NCBI GenBank assembly: GCA_016933335.1
Contig: JAFGBD010000018.1
Span: 3 to 64,002 of the forward strand
Source: Bacteroidales bacterium
GTDB taxonomy: Bacteria > Bacteroidota > Bacteroidia > Bacteroidales > UBA10428
Direction: 5' to 3'
DNA length: 64,000 nt
The position numbers and the translations under genes were made by a program. Shown in pieces: positions 20,272-28,631 of this stretch (the first letter of the stretch is position 1; each line of letters begins with the position of its first letter). The notes below the pieces were generated by a model. The model saw only the letters and a program-made list of their open reading frames with translations, searched no databases and was not told the origin of the DNA.

Positions 20272-20348
20272 GGTGTAAGTTTTCATTTGATAGGGTTTAA
20301 TTAGTTTTAGGTGTTTGAATAACCCGGCAGCGTCCGGGTTATTCTTTT
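20272..20348 (+). repeat. Repeat unit B: conserved 45-nt core plus intrinsic terminator (candidate sRNA 3' end)
   Basis: Same core (the 31-nt stretch 20286-20316 is identical to 20033-20063). It is followed by an 11-bp stem GAATAACCCGG/CCGGGTTATTC with a 6-nt loop and TTTT. Confidence 0.5.
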
Positions 20349-20396
20349 GGATTCCCGGCAGGTTAATGATTGAATAAGCCTTTTGGCCTATTAAAA

Positions 20397-21101
20397 TCAC
20401 AATCCAAGAAAAATAATGGCAAATCCGCTCAGAAAAATAATGGCACCTGCTATTGCATGAGAATATTTTTCCAGCTTTCCGAAAGAGACCGGTTTCAAAA
20501 TATATGTTGTCAGCAATACGATGACCAGCATAGTCAGGATGGTAAAAACAGAAAAAACTGCTGCCACAATAATCAAACCTGATACATTTTTTCCTGCTGC
20601 AGGCACCAGTAATTGAGGAATAAGCAATTCGCAGGGGCCCAGAAAAAAAATAAGGAACAGTATCCAGGGAGTATAATTAAATGCTTTGTCTATTTTGTGC
20701 TCATGTTCATGGTCTTTAACATGAAGATGTTCATGGTCGTGTACAATACCATCTTTGTGGATGTGGATATGTTTATGAGCTTTATTTTGAATGGCGCGAC
20801 GGATACCCCACAACATATATAGAAAACCGAAGATAACAAGAATCCATGCCGCAATATTCCCTCTGATGCCTTCGATATGTTCCATTCCTATTCCCAGAGC
20901 TACTCCGGTCAATCCGATTAATACAGAGGTACCGACATGACCCAGTCCGCACAGGAATGTAATCCATGCCGTTCGTATCACAGACCATTGCCTTGCTTTG
21001 GCAAGGACGATAAAGGGCAAATAATGATCAGGCCCTGCAAGTGTATGGATAAAACCGGTAGATGCTGCAGTGACGGATAGTATAAGAATTTCGTTATTCA
21101 T
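20397..21101 (-). CDS. Six-TM metal (nickel/cobalt) permease with central His-rich loop (RcnA/NicO- or HupE/UreJ-like)
   Basis: TM1 motif HTLAGPDH follows the H-x3-G-x-DH pattern of HupE/UreJ-type Ni transporters. The central loop is HKHIHIHKDGIVHDHEHLHVKDHEHEHK. The layout is 3+3 TM, as in RcnA. Start moved to the ATG at 21101 (MNNEILIL...), 10 nt after the upstream stop; the longer ORF (to 21203) overlaps the upstream gene by 92 nt. Confidence 0.7.
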   Translation of the reverse strand: MNNEILILSVTAASTGFIHTLAGPDHYLPFIVLAKARQWSVIRTAWITFLCGLGHVGTSVLIGLTGVALGIGMEHIEGIRGNIAAWILVIFGFLYMLWGIRRAIQNKAHKHIHIHKDGIVHDHEHLHVKDHEHEHKIDKAFNYTPWILFLIFFLGPCELLIPQLLVPAAGKNVSGLIIVAAVFSVFTILTMLVIVLLTTYILKPVSFGKLEKYSHAIAGAIIFLSGFAIIFLGL

Positions 21102-21111
21102 GTTGGTATAT

Positions 21112-22572
21112 TTAGTAATAAGTGATATCAAAAATGTTATTTCTGTCCCATTCCAGCCAATATTTAAGGGCAGAACGACGGACAAGTTTCCAGTAACCGT
21201 CATCTGCCAGTCCGAATTTTATGATGCCTTCCTGGATATCTTTATTGATGATATTCAGATATTCTTCTTTAAGTCTGATCTTTACCGATTTCTCCCTATA
21301 GGTGAAGATTGCTTCAGGACGGTTCAGCGTATCATTTGCCAGTGATATGGTACCCTGACCCAGTGTTGCACCGGTGCTGACCTGGATACCGTCATTCAGG
21401 CAACTGTATGGAGGAATTGTTCCGGCACAGGATACAACAGTGAGATGATCGGGTTGCACATTAAATATTTCACGGGCTTTAATTCCCATTTTAGCCCCCA
21501 CAATGGAAAAAATTCCCAGGTGTCCGTGAAACTCATCTGTGATGACACAGGCTTTCCATTCATCATGCCCGTAACGGGCAATGGCTGAATCCATGATCTG
21601 CCTTACATCATAATTGTACATCTGCCGGTCAGCTGGAAATTCATTAAAAGCAACGTTTTTTTTGAACCGGTAAGTGCCTTTCACCAAATCGGTAATCACT
21701 TCCATGATGGCAGGCAGATGATAAGACTCAACAAACCTGATACGTATATCAGAAAGATTGATATTCATATCGAACAGTTCAGGATTCAGGATGTAAACAG
21801 CCACGAGTTCATCTTTCATGAAATCGTTTTTACAACGGCTATTCTTATTCATACCAGGCTGCTGATGAAACCTGCCGATGATATCTGACAGCCGGCTGTC
21901 ACTGTTATTTAGTACCTCCATGAATTTTTTATTAAATTCTTCTGTTTCTTTACGAAGGTTTGAAATGATATCAATCCTTATTTTATTGGATGACAGTACT
22001 TTATTAGCTTTTATGCTGTCGCAGTCATAATTGAAACCCTGAATGGGCCGGATTGAGCCTGCATACCATACAATCCGTTTGATCTGGCTTACATATTGTG
22101 GAAAGTTATCAAGCAGGTCATATGCTGTGGACAGAGATCCCAGGCAGATCAGTGAATAATCTCTCTTTTCTGTACCTTCAAAGAGGACCTTCAGAACCTG
22201 ATCATAATCATCACATTTCGCATCATTGTCTGAACGGCCCCATTTCAAAGGCTGGTTTAGCTTTCTCCAGGAAGGTACATAACTGATACGACTGGAATTG
22301 CAGATTACAGGAATGGAATCAATATTCCATTCTTTAAGCAGGGAATTGATCTTAACAACTCCGTCTTCAGGCTTCAGGGTTCCTTCAGATACAATGATAG
22401 CTGCAACTTTAATTGCCGGTTGTGATAAAAGGAAATTGACTGAATGAAAATCATCAATGGCACAGTCGGTATCAATGATAATTCTCTGAACAGGAAGTGG
22501 CTCGGAAGGGAAACAAGCCTTCCGTACCATCAGTGACAATAAGCATAAGCAGACTGTTTTCAGATGCTTCAT
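21112..22572 (-). CDS. Secreted fusion protein: inosine-uridine nucleoside-hydrolase-like domain + FmdE-like domain
   Basis: Signal peptide (MKHLKTVCLCLLSLMV). N-terminal IIIDTDCAIDD resembles the IUNH Asp cluster DTDPGIDD. The C-terminal DEFHGHLGIFSIVGAKMG ... SCLNDGIQVSTGATLGQGTISL matches the FmdE-family HGH and C..DGIQ..TG.T.G.G motifs. Confidence 0.7.
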   Translation of the reverse strand: MKHLKTVCLCLLSLMVRKACFPSEPLPVQRIIIDTDCAIDDFHSVNFLLSQPAIKVAAIIVSEGTLKPEDGVVKINSLLKEWNIDSIPVICNSSRISYVPSWRKLNQPLKWGRSDNDAKCDDYDQVLKVLFEGTEKRDYSLICLGSLSTAYDLLDNFPQYVSQIKRIVWYAGSIRPIQGFNYDCDSIKANKVLSSNKIRIDIISNLRKETEEFNKKFMEVLNNSDSRLSDIIGRFHQQPGMNKNSRCKNDFMKDELVAVYILNPELFDMNINLSDIRIRFVESYHLPAIMEVITDLVKGTYRFKKNVAFNEFPADRQMYNYDVRQIMDSAIARYGHDEWKACVITDEFHGHLGIFSIVGAKMGIKAREIFNVQPDHLTVVSCAGTIPPYSCLNDGIQVSTGATLGQGTISLANDTLNRPEAIFTYREKSVKIRLKEEYLNIINKDIQEGIIKFGLADDGYWKLVRRSALKYWLEWDRNNIFDITYY

Positions 22573-22717
22573 GTGGTTAAGTTTTATTCAGGTTATCGGG
22601 CAAATGAATCCCGAAGAATCTGCCCCGGTCTATCGGGAAGCGAAGAGAATAACCCGGCAGACCTAAACTTACCCTGCCTCTGATGGTTATTGAACATGAG
22701 ATTATCATATTATTTTT

Positions 22718-24682
22718 CTACTGTCTGAATTTCAGGGGAGCTTTGAAATCACTCCTGAAGTTCAGATTGAATCCTCCTGAAAAATTAATTCCCGGCATCG
22801 GATAGCCATTGTTTATATAATAAGTCTGATTCAGCAGATTATCAGCGTTAAAGAAAAGGTTGAAATACCTGGTAAGCCGGTATTTCATCATTGCACCAAC
22901 AACTGTATAGTTTTTTTCCAGGACCGCGGTCTCACCCCGGATATCGGCATACAGATCAGAGATATTCTGGACACTGATGTTGAGATTGATTTTCCTGAAA
23001 CGATAATTTGCGGATGCAAAGAGGTTATGTTGAGGGGTTCCCGGCAGCGGTGTTTCCATATGTATGAATGCATAATTGGCGTGAAACTTCAGGTTTCTGG
23101 TCAGGTTGACGGTACCTGAAAATTCGATTCCCATATTGCTGAATTCTCCTGTATTACGGTATATCGGCGGAGGAGGTGCAATAGCAGGTACCATTATAAT
23201 CCGGTTTTCACCTTTTACAAGGTAAGTTGTCAGTTCTGTTTTTATCCTGTTCTCATACCAGCTCTGTATCCAGCTGGCTTCATAATTCATCAGTTTTTCG
23301 GGTTGAAGGTTGTCGTTTGCCGGAGGGAAAAAATACAGTTCCCTGATTGAAGGAGGACGATAACCTTTGGATACTGAACCCTTGATGGTTGTATTTGAGG
23401 AAGCATGCCATGCAAAACCCGCCTGGGGTATCAGTTCGTTTGTATATGTTTTGTTAATTTCATAGCGGAGACCGGTATTGATTGAAAATATTCCCCGGAT
23501 CAGATGCTGATAGCTGATATAAAAGGCATGGTTCTGCATGTTTATCCATTTATTATCATATTCTGATGTGACGAACTGCGGGCCGGATGGACCAGGAATG
23601 ATCCTGCCGTCTTCATCCCTGATGACTGATACGATCGGACTGCCTGTTCCTCCAAAGTTCATATAGTCATACCCGGCAGTCAAGGTGCTGTTTGTCATCA
23701 GCTTTAATCCCTGGTAGAACATCATTCCGTACAGTACGTCATTTGAATGCCAGCCATCGGTAATATCGTGTTCACCAAAGTTGCAGAATATTTTTAAAGC
23801 TCCTTCAAGTGAATTGAAGTTATTCTCAACCGAAAGAGCAGTTTTTCCCCGAAGGATATCGATGCGTTCTCCTGCAATACTGGCTTCAAGCCCCGGATCT
23901 GAAGTTTCAAAATGTGCAAGGCTGAAATCGGCCATGGCCGACAGGTGTTTGTTCAGCTTATATCCGGTCTTAAAGTAAGCATTGGTAATGGCAAAATCGG
24001 ATGAATCCCGGTGCCCGTCAGTCTGATCATGGTTGACTGAAGCAAACAAATCAAGATTTTTCCTTCGCATACCACCACTGAGTGATAGTTTTCGTGTATC
24101 AAATGATCCGTATACAGCTTTGGCATTGACTGTATATCCATCAGAGTGTTGTTTTCGGGTGATGATGTTGATAACCCCGCCAAAAGCATTTGAACCGTAT
24201 AAAATGGATGCCGGTCCGCGTATGATTTCCACTTTTTCAGCGTCTGATGAGACATAAGCATCCGGCAGGTGATGCCCCATTGTTCCCATAAACTGCGGAT
24301 GGCCGTCTATCAATATCAGCACCTGTGTGGTCGGATTTCCTCCAAGTCCCCTGATATTAATCTGACCGGCAGCACCGTCTGCAACACCGAAACCTGTGAT
24401 GCCTCTTTCTGTGATGAAAACTCCCGGTACCTGCTGGCTGATAACAGGCAAGAGAGCGGATTCACCGGATTGTTCAATCTCTTCATGTGTAATGACAGAT
24501 ACGGTAAGCGGTACGTTTTTACGTGCCACTTCTATCTTGGTACCGGTTACAACCACTTCTTCAATTTCAATGGTGTCTGACAGTGACTGCTGCGCCGATA
24601 AGCTGCTATCTGTTAAAACTGATAGCAGGATGGAAAATATTGATAAGGAAGTGATTTTAAACTTAACTGAACAGGGTTTCAT
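22718..24682 (-). CDS. TonB-dependent outer-membrane receptor (small, BtuB/CirA-size)
   Basis: Signal peptide, TonB-box/plug region (DTIEIEEVVVTGTKIEV...PLTVSVIT.EEIEQSG, IRGLGGN, ILIDG). 654 aa. The C-terminus is typical of a beta-barrel, ending in aromatic residues. Confidence 0.9.
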   Translation of the reverse strand: MKPCSVKFKITSLSIFSILLSVLTDSSLSAQQSLSDTIEIEEVVVTGTKIEVARKNVPLTVSVITHEEIEQSGESALLPVISQQVPGVFITERGITGFGVADGAAGQINIRGLGGNPTTQVLILIDGHPQFMGTMGHHLPDAYVSSDAEKVEIIRGPASILYGSNAFGGVINIITRKQHSDGYTVNAKAVYGSFDTRKLSLSGGMRRKNLDLFASVNHDQTDGHRDSSDFAITNAYFKTGYKLNKHLSAMADFSLAHFETSDPGLEASIAGERIDILRGKTALSVENNFNSLEGALKIFCNFGEHDITDGWHSNDVLYGMMFYQGLKLMTNSTLTAGYDYMNFGGTGSPIVSVIRDEDGRIIPGPSGPQFVTSEYDNKWINMQNHAFYISYQHLIRGIFSINTGLRYEINKTYTNELIPQAGFAWHASSNTTIKGSVSKGYRPPSIRELYFFPPANDNLQPEKLMNYEASWIQSWYENRIKTELTTYLVKGENRIIMVPAIAPPPPIYRNTGEFSNMGIEFSGTVNLTRNLKFHANYAFIHMETPLPGTPQHNLFASANYRFRKINLNISVQNISDLYADIRGETAVLEKNYTVVGAMMKYRLTRYFNLFFNADNLLNQTYYINNGYPMPGINFSGGFNLNFRSDFKAPLKFRQ

Positions 24683-24718
24683 TTTATAAAGAATTTAAAT
24701 CTAAAATAATTATTAAAA

Positions 24719-25120
24719 TCAATTGGCTTTGCTCATTACAAGCTTTCCGTGCTGGATGCCCTTCAGTGCAATGATTTTATCGGCGAGTTCAGTCAATTCC
24801 TGGGCTTTGCCTTTAACAGCAATTGTTTCAAGGCAAAGATCATGGTTCAGGTGGATATGCTGTGTTGAAAGGATACAATGATGATAAGTGTGCTGTATTT
24901 CATTCGATTTGTTATTGATATCATATTTATGATGGTCAAAAACAATAACAATGGCACCGGCTACAATATTATTACACTTCCATTTTTTCTCAACGATGTT
25001 GTTTTCTATTAAGTGGCGGATTGCCTGGGATCGGTTGGGTAATTTATTGTCTGATGTGTAATTATCCAGTTTTTCCAGGGTTTCCTGTTCAAGTGAGACT
25101 CCAAATCTTATGACCGACAT
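24719..25120 (-). CDS. nikR: Nickel-responsive transcriptional regulator NikR
   Basis: N-terminal ribbon-helix-helix (IRFGVSLEQETLEKLD......NRSQAIRHLI). The C-terminal metal-binding domain has conserved His/Cys positions (VIVFDHH....QH..HH.I.ST.HIHLNHDLCLE..AVKG). 133 aa. Confidence 0.9.
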   Translation of the reverse strand: MSVIRFGVSLEQETLEKLDNYTSDNKLPNRSQAIRHLIENNIVEKKWKCNNIVAGAIVIVFDHHKYDINNKSNEIQHTYHHCILSTQHIHLNHDLCLETIAVKGKAQELTELADKIIALKGIQHGKLVMSKAN

Positions 25121-25149
25121 TGTGTTACGATTTTATAAAAAGTAACACA
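25121..25149. promoter_or_regulatory. Putative NikR operator: perfect inverted repeat TGTGTTAC-N13-GTAACACA
   Basis: Perfect 8-bp arms at 25121-25128 and 25142-25149 with an AT-rich 13-nt spacer, directly abutting the nikR start codon (25120). To my recollection this is the same half-site class (GTGTTAC/GTAACAC, N13-14) predicted for NikR regulons in comparative-genomic work. Confidence 0.6.
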
Positions 25150-25155
25150 AATGTA
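25148..25155 (-). promoter_or_regulatory. Bacteroidota-type -7 promoter box (TAnnTTTG) of the nikR operon
   Basis: The minus strand reads TACATTTG. It overlaps the distal operator half-site by 2 nt, so the transcription start would fall inside the palindrome. Confidence 0.45.
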
Positions 25156-25226
25156 GATTTTTTATTTCAAAACCATCATATAATGAGCAAAATATTTGGA
25201 TGATCTGAAATGAAACGGGTGTTTTT

Positions 25227-26291
25227 TTATACAAGCCTGAATATATCTCCTGTCCGGGGCACAGATATTCTGCTGTTCAATCCTTCCCTGGTGATTATCT
25301 GACTGGCCCATGATTCAAGCTCTTTGTCGTCAAGCACTTTTTCATTGTAACACTTTTCATCTTCATAACCACTGTAATGTATCAGCCTGGTATGCGGAAT
25401 TTCGGCTTTCTTCAGAAATTCCGAAACAGAGAAGGGTATTTTCTTGATATCTTTATTGTCTTTCAAAAATCCGCTGAAATAATTGTGGATTTCACTGTTA
25501 AAAGGCTGTTGAAGATGCGGTGCTGCCAGTTTTGAGAAACTCAGCTCTTCGAGCCAGCTGCCTAAGTATTTGCTTTTAGCCCCGGTTTTCGGATCAATTG
25601 TGGTAACGCTTCCATGATTTGATTCAGGGTATGAAAACCTGTTATTACAGTCAATATACATCACCCTGGCTTGAGCAATTTCCCTGAAATCCCTGTCCCT
25701 GAGTAACGGACAAAGCATATCGCCCGTAAAAACTGCCCTGACTGCATTTTTGTCCTGATTCCGGTACTCAAGAAGGAGCAGCGAAGCACCAAATCCACTG
25801 TCACCATGAAAAACAGGAAATGCTGTTACGTATATGTCATTGACTTCGTCTATTTTACATTGTATTCCCGGAATAAGCTCATGAAATTCAATGATCTTTT
25901 TCAGTTGCGGAAATGACTGTCTGACAAATTCCCAGCAGGGAAGTGTTGCATAAAGGGGATATTTTTTCCTGAATTCATGCCTGTGCGAAAAACTTTCTGC
26001 TATCCAGTCTATACCAACGGTATGATCCAGATGGGGATGCGTAAGAATAAGGGCTTCCGGTATCCGGTTTTCATGTCTGATAATGTAAGATGCGGTATTA
26101 TTACCGGCATCAACCAGTAACTCACATTCAATTTGCTGAAGATTCAAATCAGCACTTTTCGTTCCGATAATTGAATATGAAGCATTACCCAGACCATCAG
26201 GGTCATCCGGGGAATAAAACGGATGGCTGTTTCCTAAAAATACCGGCCATGCATTTGCCCGGCCGTTTAATCTTATGAATAGACGTTTCAT
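25227..26291 (-). CDS. MBL-fold metallo-hydrolase
   Basis: Metallo-beta-lactamase signature LILTHPHLDHTVG plus downstream His/Asp ligands (FPVFHGDSGFGA). 354 aa. Confidence 0.75.
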   Translation of the reverse strand: MKRLFIRLNGRANAWPVFLGNSHPFYSPDDPDGLGNASYSIIGTKSADLNLQQIECELLVDAGNNTASYIIRHENRIPEALILTHPHLDHTVGIDWIAESFSHRHEFRKKYPLYATLPCWEFVRQSFPQLKKIIEFHELIPGIQCKIDEVNDIYVTAFPVFHGDSGFGASLLLLEYRNQDKNAVRAVFTGDMLCPLLRDRDFREIAQARVMYIDCNNRFSYPESNHGSVTTIDPKTGAKSKYLGSWLEELSFSKLAAPHLQQPFNSEIHNYFSGFLKDNKDIKKIPFSVSEFLKKAEIPHTRLIHYSGYEDEKCYNEKVLDDKELESWASQIITREGLNSRISVPRTGDIFRLV

Positions 26292-26368
26292 TCTTCTATA
26301 TTTGTTTTATTCGTCTCGTTCCTGTATTCATTACCGTTTTTTTAATTGTAGTAACTATTGATATAAAA

Positions 26369-28525
26369 TCAGTCGATGATTGTCAGTTCGCCGATGATGT
26401 GATCAGCTCCGGCGTATTTTTCAATGATAAACAAGACATACCTGATATCAAGTGAAATATTTCTGCAAATATCGGGATCATACATGAAATCATTCATTGT
26501 ACCTTCCCAGTTACGATCAAAGTTAAGACCAACAAGATAACCGTCAGCATCCAAAACCGGACTGCCTGAATTTCCTCCAGAAGTATGATTGGATGCTATA
26601 AAACACACGGGCATTTTTCCGTTTGCACCGTAGCGGCCAAAATCTTTTTCTTCATAAAGGTTTTTCAGTTTCTCAGGTACAACATAATCATAAACCTCCG
26701 GATCTTCCTTTTCAATAATTCCCTTAAGCGTGGTATTATAACGGTATTCTACCGCATCTGCCGGTGAATAGCCCTCTGCTTTCCCATATGTCATACGCAT
26801 GGTGAAGTTGGCATCAGGATAAAACAGTTTATCAGGCTGCATCAGCATGAGGGCAGCCAGGTATTCAGGATAAAGATCATCTAACTGTTCTGTCAGTTTA
26901 TCGTATTGTGGAAAGATTTTGTTTCTGTAAACTTCTCCAAAGGATGAATAAATCCTGAATAGCGGATCAGAGATGATTTTTCTGACACTGGCATTTGAGT
27001 AATGATCCAGCAATTCCATGATTTGTTCCTTGTCTGTGAAAAAGCTCTTTTTATAAATCCTGTCTGCAAATTTGCGGTAATTGCCTCTAAATTTCTGATG
27101 GATCGTGTGATAGAAATCAGGAAGGAATTGCTGGCCGACATTTGCAGAATACAGCTCCAGTACTTTTATAAATATTTCTTTGTCAATTTCAACCTCATAA
27201 TTTTTAAAAAAATTTTCTGTTCTGCTTTTCAGCTTGTTAATGGTAGATTCAGGCTCTTCTTCCTGATTCTCTGACATCAGACTCAGCAGACTGGTAAATC
27301 CGGAAACATATTCAATCAGTTCAACGTGAAAGATGGCCTCACTTGCATAATCATTCACGAAATAATATGGTTCAAGCTCGCTGTAGGTTTTCGAAAATTC
27401 AGGTAACAGATAGGCGTATTTTTCCTGATTATCCGGATTTCGATTGAGCCATAACCGGAATTGCTCTTCAAAGGTTTCTTTTTTTCTGATGGTATTGTAT
27501 CTTTCAAATCCTTGTAACACGCCAATCCATTTTTTCCAGGCATTTGCCATACCTGCATATTTGCTGGCATATTTCAGCTTAATTTCCGGATTCCTGTCCA
27601 TGGCGTTTTTCATGATGTCCAAAATAGCATTACGAAGTTCAATTTTCCGGGGCAGGGTACTGTTACTGATGATCTTCAATTCATGTGACGTGAGATACTC
27701 ATTCGTTCTTGCCGGGTAACCAAGTATCATGGTAAAGTCATTTTCCCGGATCCCCTTGATGGATATTTTAAGATGATTTCCTGGTTTGTAAGGGATATTT
27801 GAGGGTGAATAATCAGCCGGAGAGTTAGTTGAATCAGCATATATCCTGAAAAGTGAAAAGTCTCCTGTATGTCTTGGCCAGATCCAGTTATCGGTGTCTC
27901 CTCCGAATTTTCCGATAGAGGCAGGCGGTGCTCCTACCAGCCTGATGTCTCTGAATGTCTGATAGACAAACATATAATACTCTTTTCCAAAATAAAAAGG
28001 CTTGATCTCGGCATTGTAACCGGTTCTATCTGTCGTAATTTTTATTAATTGATCAATACTGCGGTCAATATGCTTTTCTTTTTCTATGCGACCAGCAATA
28101 CTATCTGTACCCTGAAGAACCATTTGGGTAACATCCTCAATTCGTATAAGAAATGAAGCAGTTAATCCCGGATTTGGTAATTCTTCGGATCTTGTAAAGG
28201 CCCAGAAACCTTCATTCAGGTAATCCTTTTCCAAAGTACTGTGGGCCTGAATGCGGCTGTAACCACAATGATGATTTGTCAGCACGAGTCCGTCAGGAGA
28301 AATAACTTCACCGGTACAACCTCTTCCGAACAAGATCACCGCATCTGCCAGGCAGGCCTTATTGATGCTGTATATATCCTCAGCAGCCAGCCTGCAGCCT
28401 TTTTCCTGCATGTCTTTGATGTTGAACTTCTCGATTAACAAGGGTATCCACATACCCTCTACAGATAATCCTGTACGAATAATGATGTGCAAGAACAATG
28501 CGGATAAAAGCAAACTTTTTCTCAT
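26369..28525 (-). CDS. S46 family dipeptidyl-peptidase (DPP7/DPP11-like)
   Basis: Signal peptide then EGMWIP, catalytic TNHHCG, and C-terminal GGNSGSPVLD serine motif. The 718-aa length is typical of the S46 family. Confidence 0.9.
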   Translation of the reverse strand: MRKSLLLSALFLHIIIRTGLSVEGMWIPLLIEKFNIKDMQEKGCRLAAEDIYSINKACLADAVILFGRGCTGEVISPDGLVLTNHHCGYSRIQAHSTLEKDYLNEGFWAFTRSEELPNPGLTASFLIRIEDVTQMVLQGTDSIAGRIEKEKHIDRSIDQLIKITTDRTGYNAEIKPFYFGKEYYMFVYQTFRDIRLVGAPPASIGKFGGDTDNWIWPRHTGDFSLFRIYADSTNSPADYSPSNIPYKPGNHLKISIKGIRENDFTMILGYPARTNEYLTSHELKIISNSTLPRKIELRNAILDIMKNAMDRNPEIKLKYASKYAGMANAWKKWIGVLQGFERYNTIRKKETFEEQFRLWLNRNPDNQEKYAYLLPEFSKTYSELEPYYFVNDYASEAIFHVELIEYVSGFTSLLSLMSENQEEEPESTINKLKSRTENFFKNYEVEIDKEIFIKVLELYSANVGQQFLPDFYHTIHQKFRGNYRKFADRIYKKSFFTDKEQIMELLDHYSNASVRKIISDPLFRIYSSFGEVYRNKIFPQYDKLTEQLDDLYPEYLAALMLMQPDKLFYPDANFTMRMTYGKAEGYSPADAVEYRYNTTLKGIIEKEDPEVYDYVVPEKLKNLYEEKDFGRYGANGKMPVCFIASNHTSGGNSGSPVLDADGYLVGLNFDRNWEGTMNDFMYDPDICRNISLDIRYVLFIIEKYAGADHIIGELTIID

Positions 28526-28631
28526 GGCAATAAAAGAATTTCGACCGAAAAATCTCTGATATTATAGTTACAAAATACAGGCAGTCTGACAGTGTATGCA
28601 AATTTGATTTTAAAGTGTTTCTGATACTATT

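Noticed and set aside
20188-20400. 70-aa minus-strand ORF (GTG start) covering repeat unit B; the repeat core reads KHLKLIKPYQ in that frame in both copies
   Set aside because: The 31-nt core is identical at the nucleotide level while the flanks diverge completely. The copy-A frame is not part of any ORF of 60 aa or more. The hairpins are plus-strand terminators. The pattern fits an RNA/DNA element, not a conserved peptide.
21102-21203. 92-nt overlap between the metal permease ORF and the upstream hydrolase/FmdE gene
   Set aside because: It is an artefact of the longest-ORF call. An internal ATG at 21101 (MNNEILIL...) starts right at the first TM helix, 10 nt after the upstream stop.
22647-22660. 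14-mer gaataacccggcag shared with the terminator stem of repeat unit B (20317-20330)
   Set aside because: By a rough estimate, about a dozen 14-nt matches are expected by chance in 64 kb when both strands are compared. There is no extended similarity around it.
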